Source: Nitrospira sp.
GTDB taxonomy: Bacteria > Nitrospirota > Nitrospiria > Nitrospirales > Nitrospiraceae
Direction: 5' to 3'
Assembly (NCBI GenBank): GCA_047150005.1
Contig: AP038806.1
Location: 3,680,001 to 3,744,000 of the forward strand
Length of the DNA: 64,000 nucleotides
Part shown: positions 63,175 through 64,000 of the stretch, piece after piece
Numbering within the stretch: the first letter of the stretch is position 1
How the letters are laid out: each line of letters opens with the position of its first letter
Notes under the pieces: generated by a model
What the model was told of the DNA's origin: nothing
What the model saw: the letters and a program-made list of their open reading frames with translations, nothing else
Database searches by the model: none
Program-made: the position numbers and the translations under genes

Positions 63175-64000
63175 TTGACCGAACCGGCCATCCCACAGAC
63201 TGCAGAGATCGATGACCGCCCGACACGGAGCCGCCGCCGGCCCGTCCCTCTCTACACCAGGGTCTTGATCGGAGCCCTCTGCGGCACGGCGCTCGGACTG
63301 CTCTTTGGACGAGCCCCGTACCTCGGCCCGGTCGGCAACGAGCACCTGGGTTTGATCGGTCTGGCGGTCATTACCCTGCTGAAGGCGCTCGCCATCCCGC
63401 TCATCTTCTTTGCCATCCTCGACGCCTTCCTTCGGATGAGCCTCCCGCTGCGGCAGGGAACCAGATTGCTCGCCATCTGCCTTGTGAACGTCTCGGTGGC
63501 CATGACGATCGGCCTTGTGATCATGAATGTCTGGAATCCGGGCACGGCCTGGCACGGCCATCTCGACCAACTGCTCGCCGCGGATCCGCGAACCACCGGT
63601 ACTGGATCCGCCTCAGGCGGCGCCCGGGCCGGCGAGGCAATCGAACATCTGGCCTCCTATATTCCGAGCACCATGTTTCGGCCGTTCACGACCAACAACG
63701 TCATCGGGGTGGTCCTGCTTGCGGTGATCGCCGGCGCGGCTCTGCGGCATCTGCGGACGAGGCGACCGCGCCGCATGATCGAGCGGACCGTCGTGATCGT
63801 GGAACGTGTGTACCATTGGCTGGTCCGCATCCTCGGCTGGATCATCGAGATCGTGCCGTTCGCCGTGTTCGGGGTGCTCGCGCAGGTGGTGGGAAAGGCC
63901 GGGGCCGGGGTCTTCTCGCTCTTGTGGATTTTCCTCGTCACCATCCTCGCAGGGCTCGCCATTCATGCGCTCTTCTACTATCCGACCGTCGCCTGGCTCA
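63175..64000 (+). CDS. Dicarboxylate/amino acid:cation symporter (partial, runs off the window)
   Basis: LYTRVLIGA, LLKALAIPLIFFAI, YIPST...NNVIGVV, IVPFAVFG; TTG start estimated. Confidence 0.85.
   Translation, partial: MTEPAIPQTAEIDDRPTRSRRRPVPLYTRVLIGALCGTALGLLFGRAPYLGPVGNEHLGLIGLAVITLLKALAIPLIFFAILDAFLRMSLPLRQGTRLLAICLVNVSVAMTIGLVIMNVWNPGTAWHGHLDQLLAADPRTTGTGSASGGARAGEAIEHLASYIPSTMFRPFTTNNVIGVVLLAVIAGAALRHLRTRRPRRMIERTVVIVERVYHWLVRILGWIIEIVPFAVFGVLAQVVGKAGAGVFSLLWIFLVTILAGLAIHALFYYPTVAWL

Overview
Mostly ordinary, GC-rich Gram-negative chromosome. Gene content and order suggest Nitrospira, but this is inference and was not database-checked. The first ~8.3 kb is the right part of an integrative mobilisable element: an oriT-like hairpin, an intact IS481 with a 7-bp target duplication, an RHH/TrwA-like gene, a TraD/TrwB coupling protein, a MOBF relaxase-helicase, an excisionase, an XRE regulator and a tyrosine integrase. 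The integrase carries a four-Cys insertion and its stop codon lies inside the 5' end of tRNA-Pro(TGG). A small tRNA-3'-duplicating element, an HExxH lipoprotein and tRNA-Arg(TCT) follow. Both tRNAs are trailed by copies of one unannotated ~62-69-nt structured repeat with covarying stems, the most unexplained signal in the window. The rest is housekeeping: DUF748, Prx, B12-radical SAM, msrB, lon, RlmL-like methylase, a RelE-like TA pair, mutY-mutT-exonuclease, miaB/mtaB, ampG, nrdJ (NrdR and DnaA boxes), ligA, trpEGDCFBA, lolD/lolE, lysS, frameshifted prfB, lnt, PilZ proteins and a partial DAACS transporter. No CRISPR array or rRNA was seen. Several start codons were re-assigned by eye.
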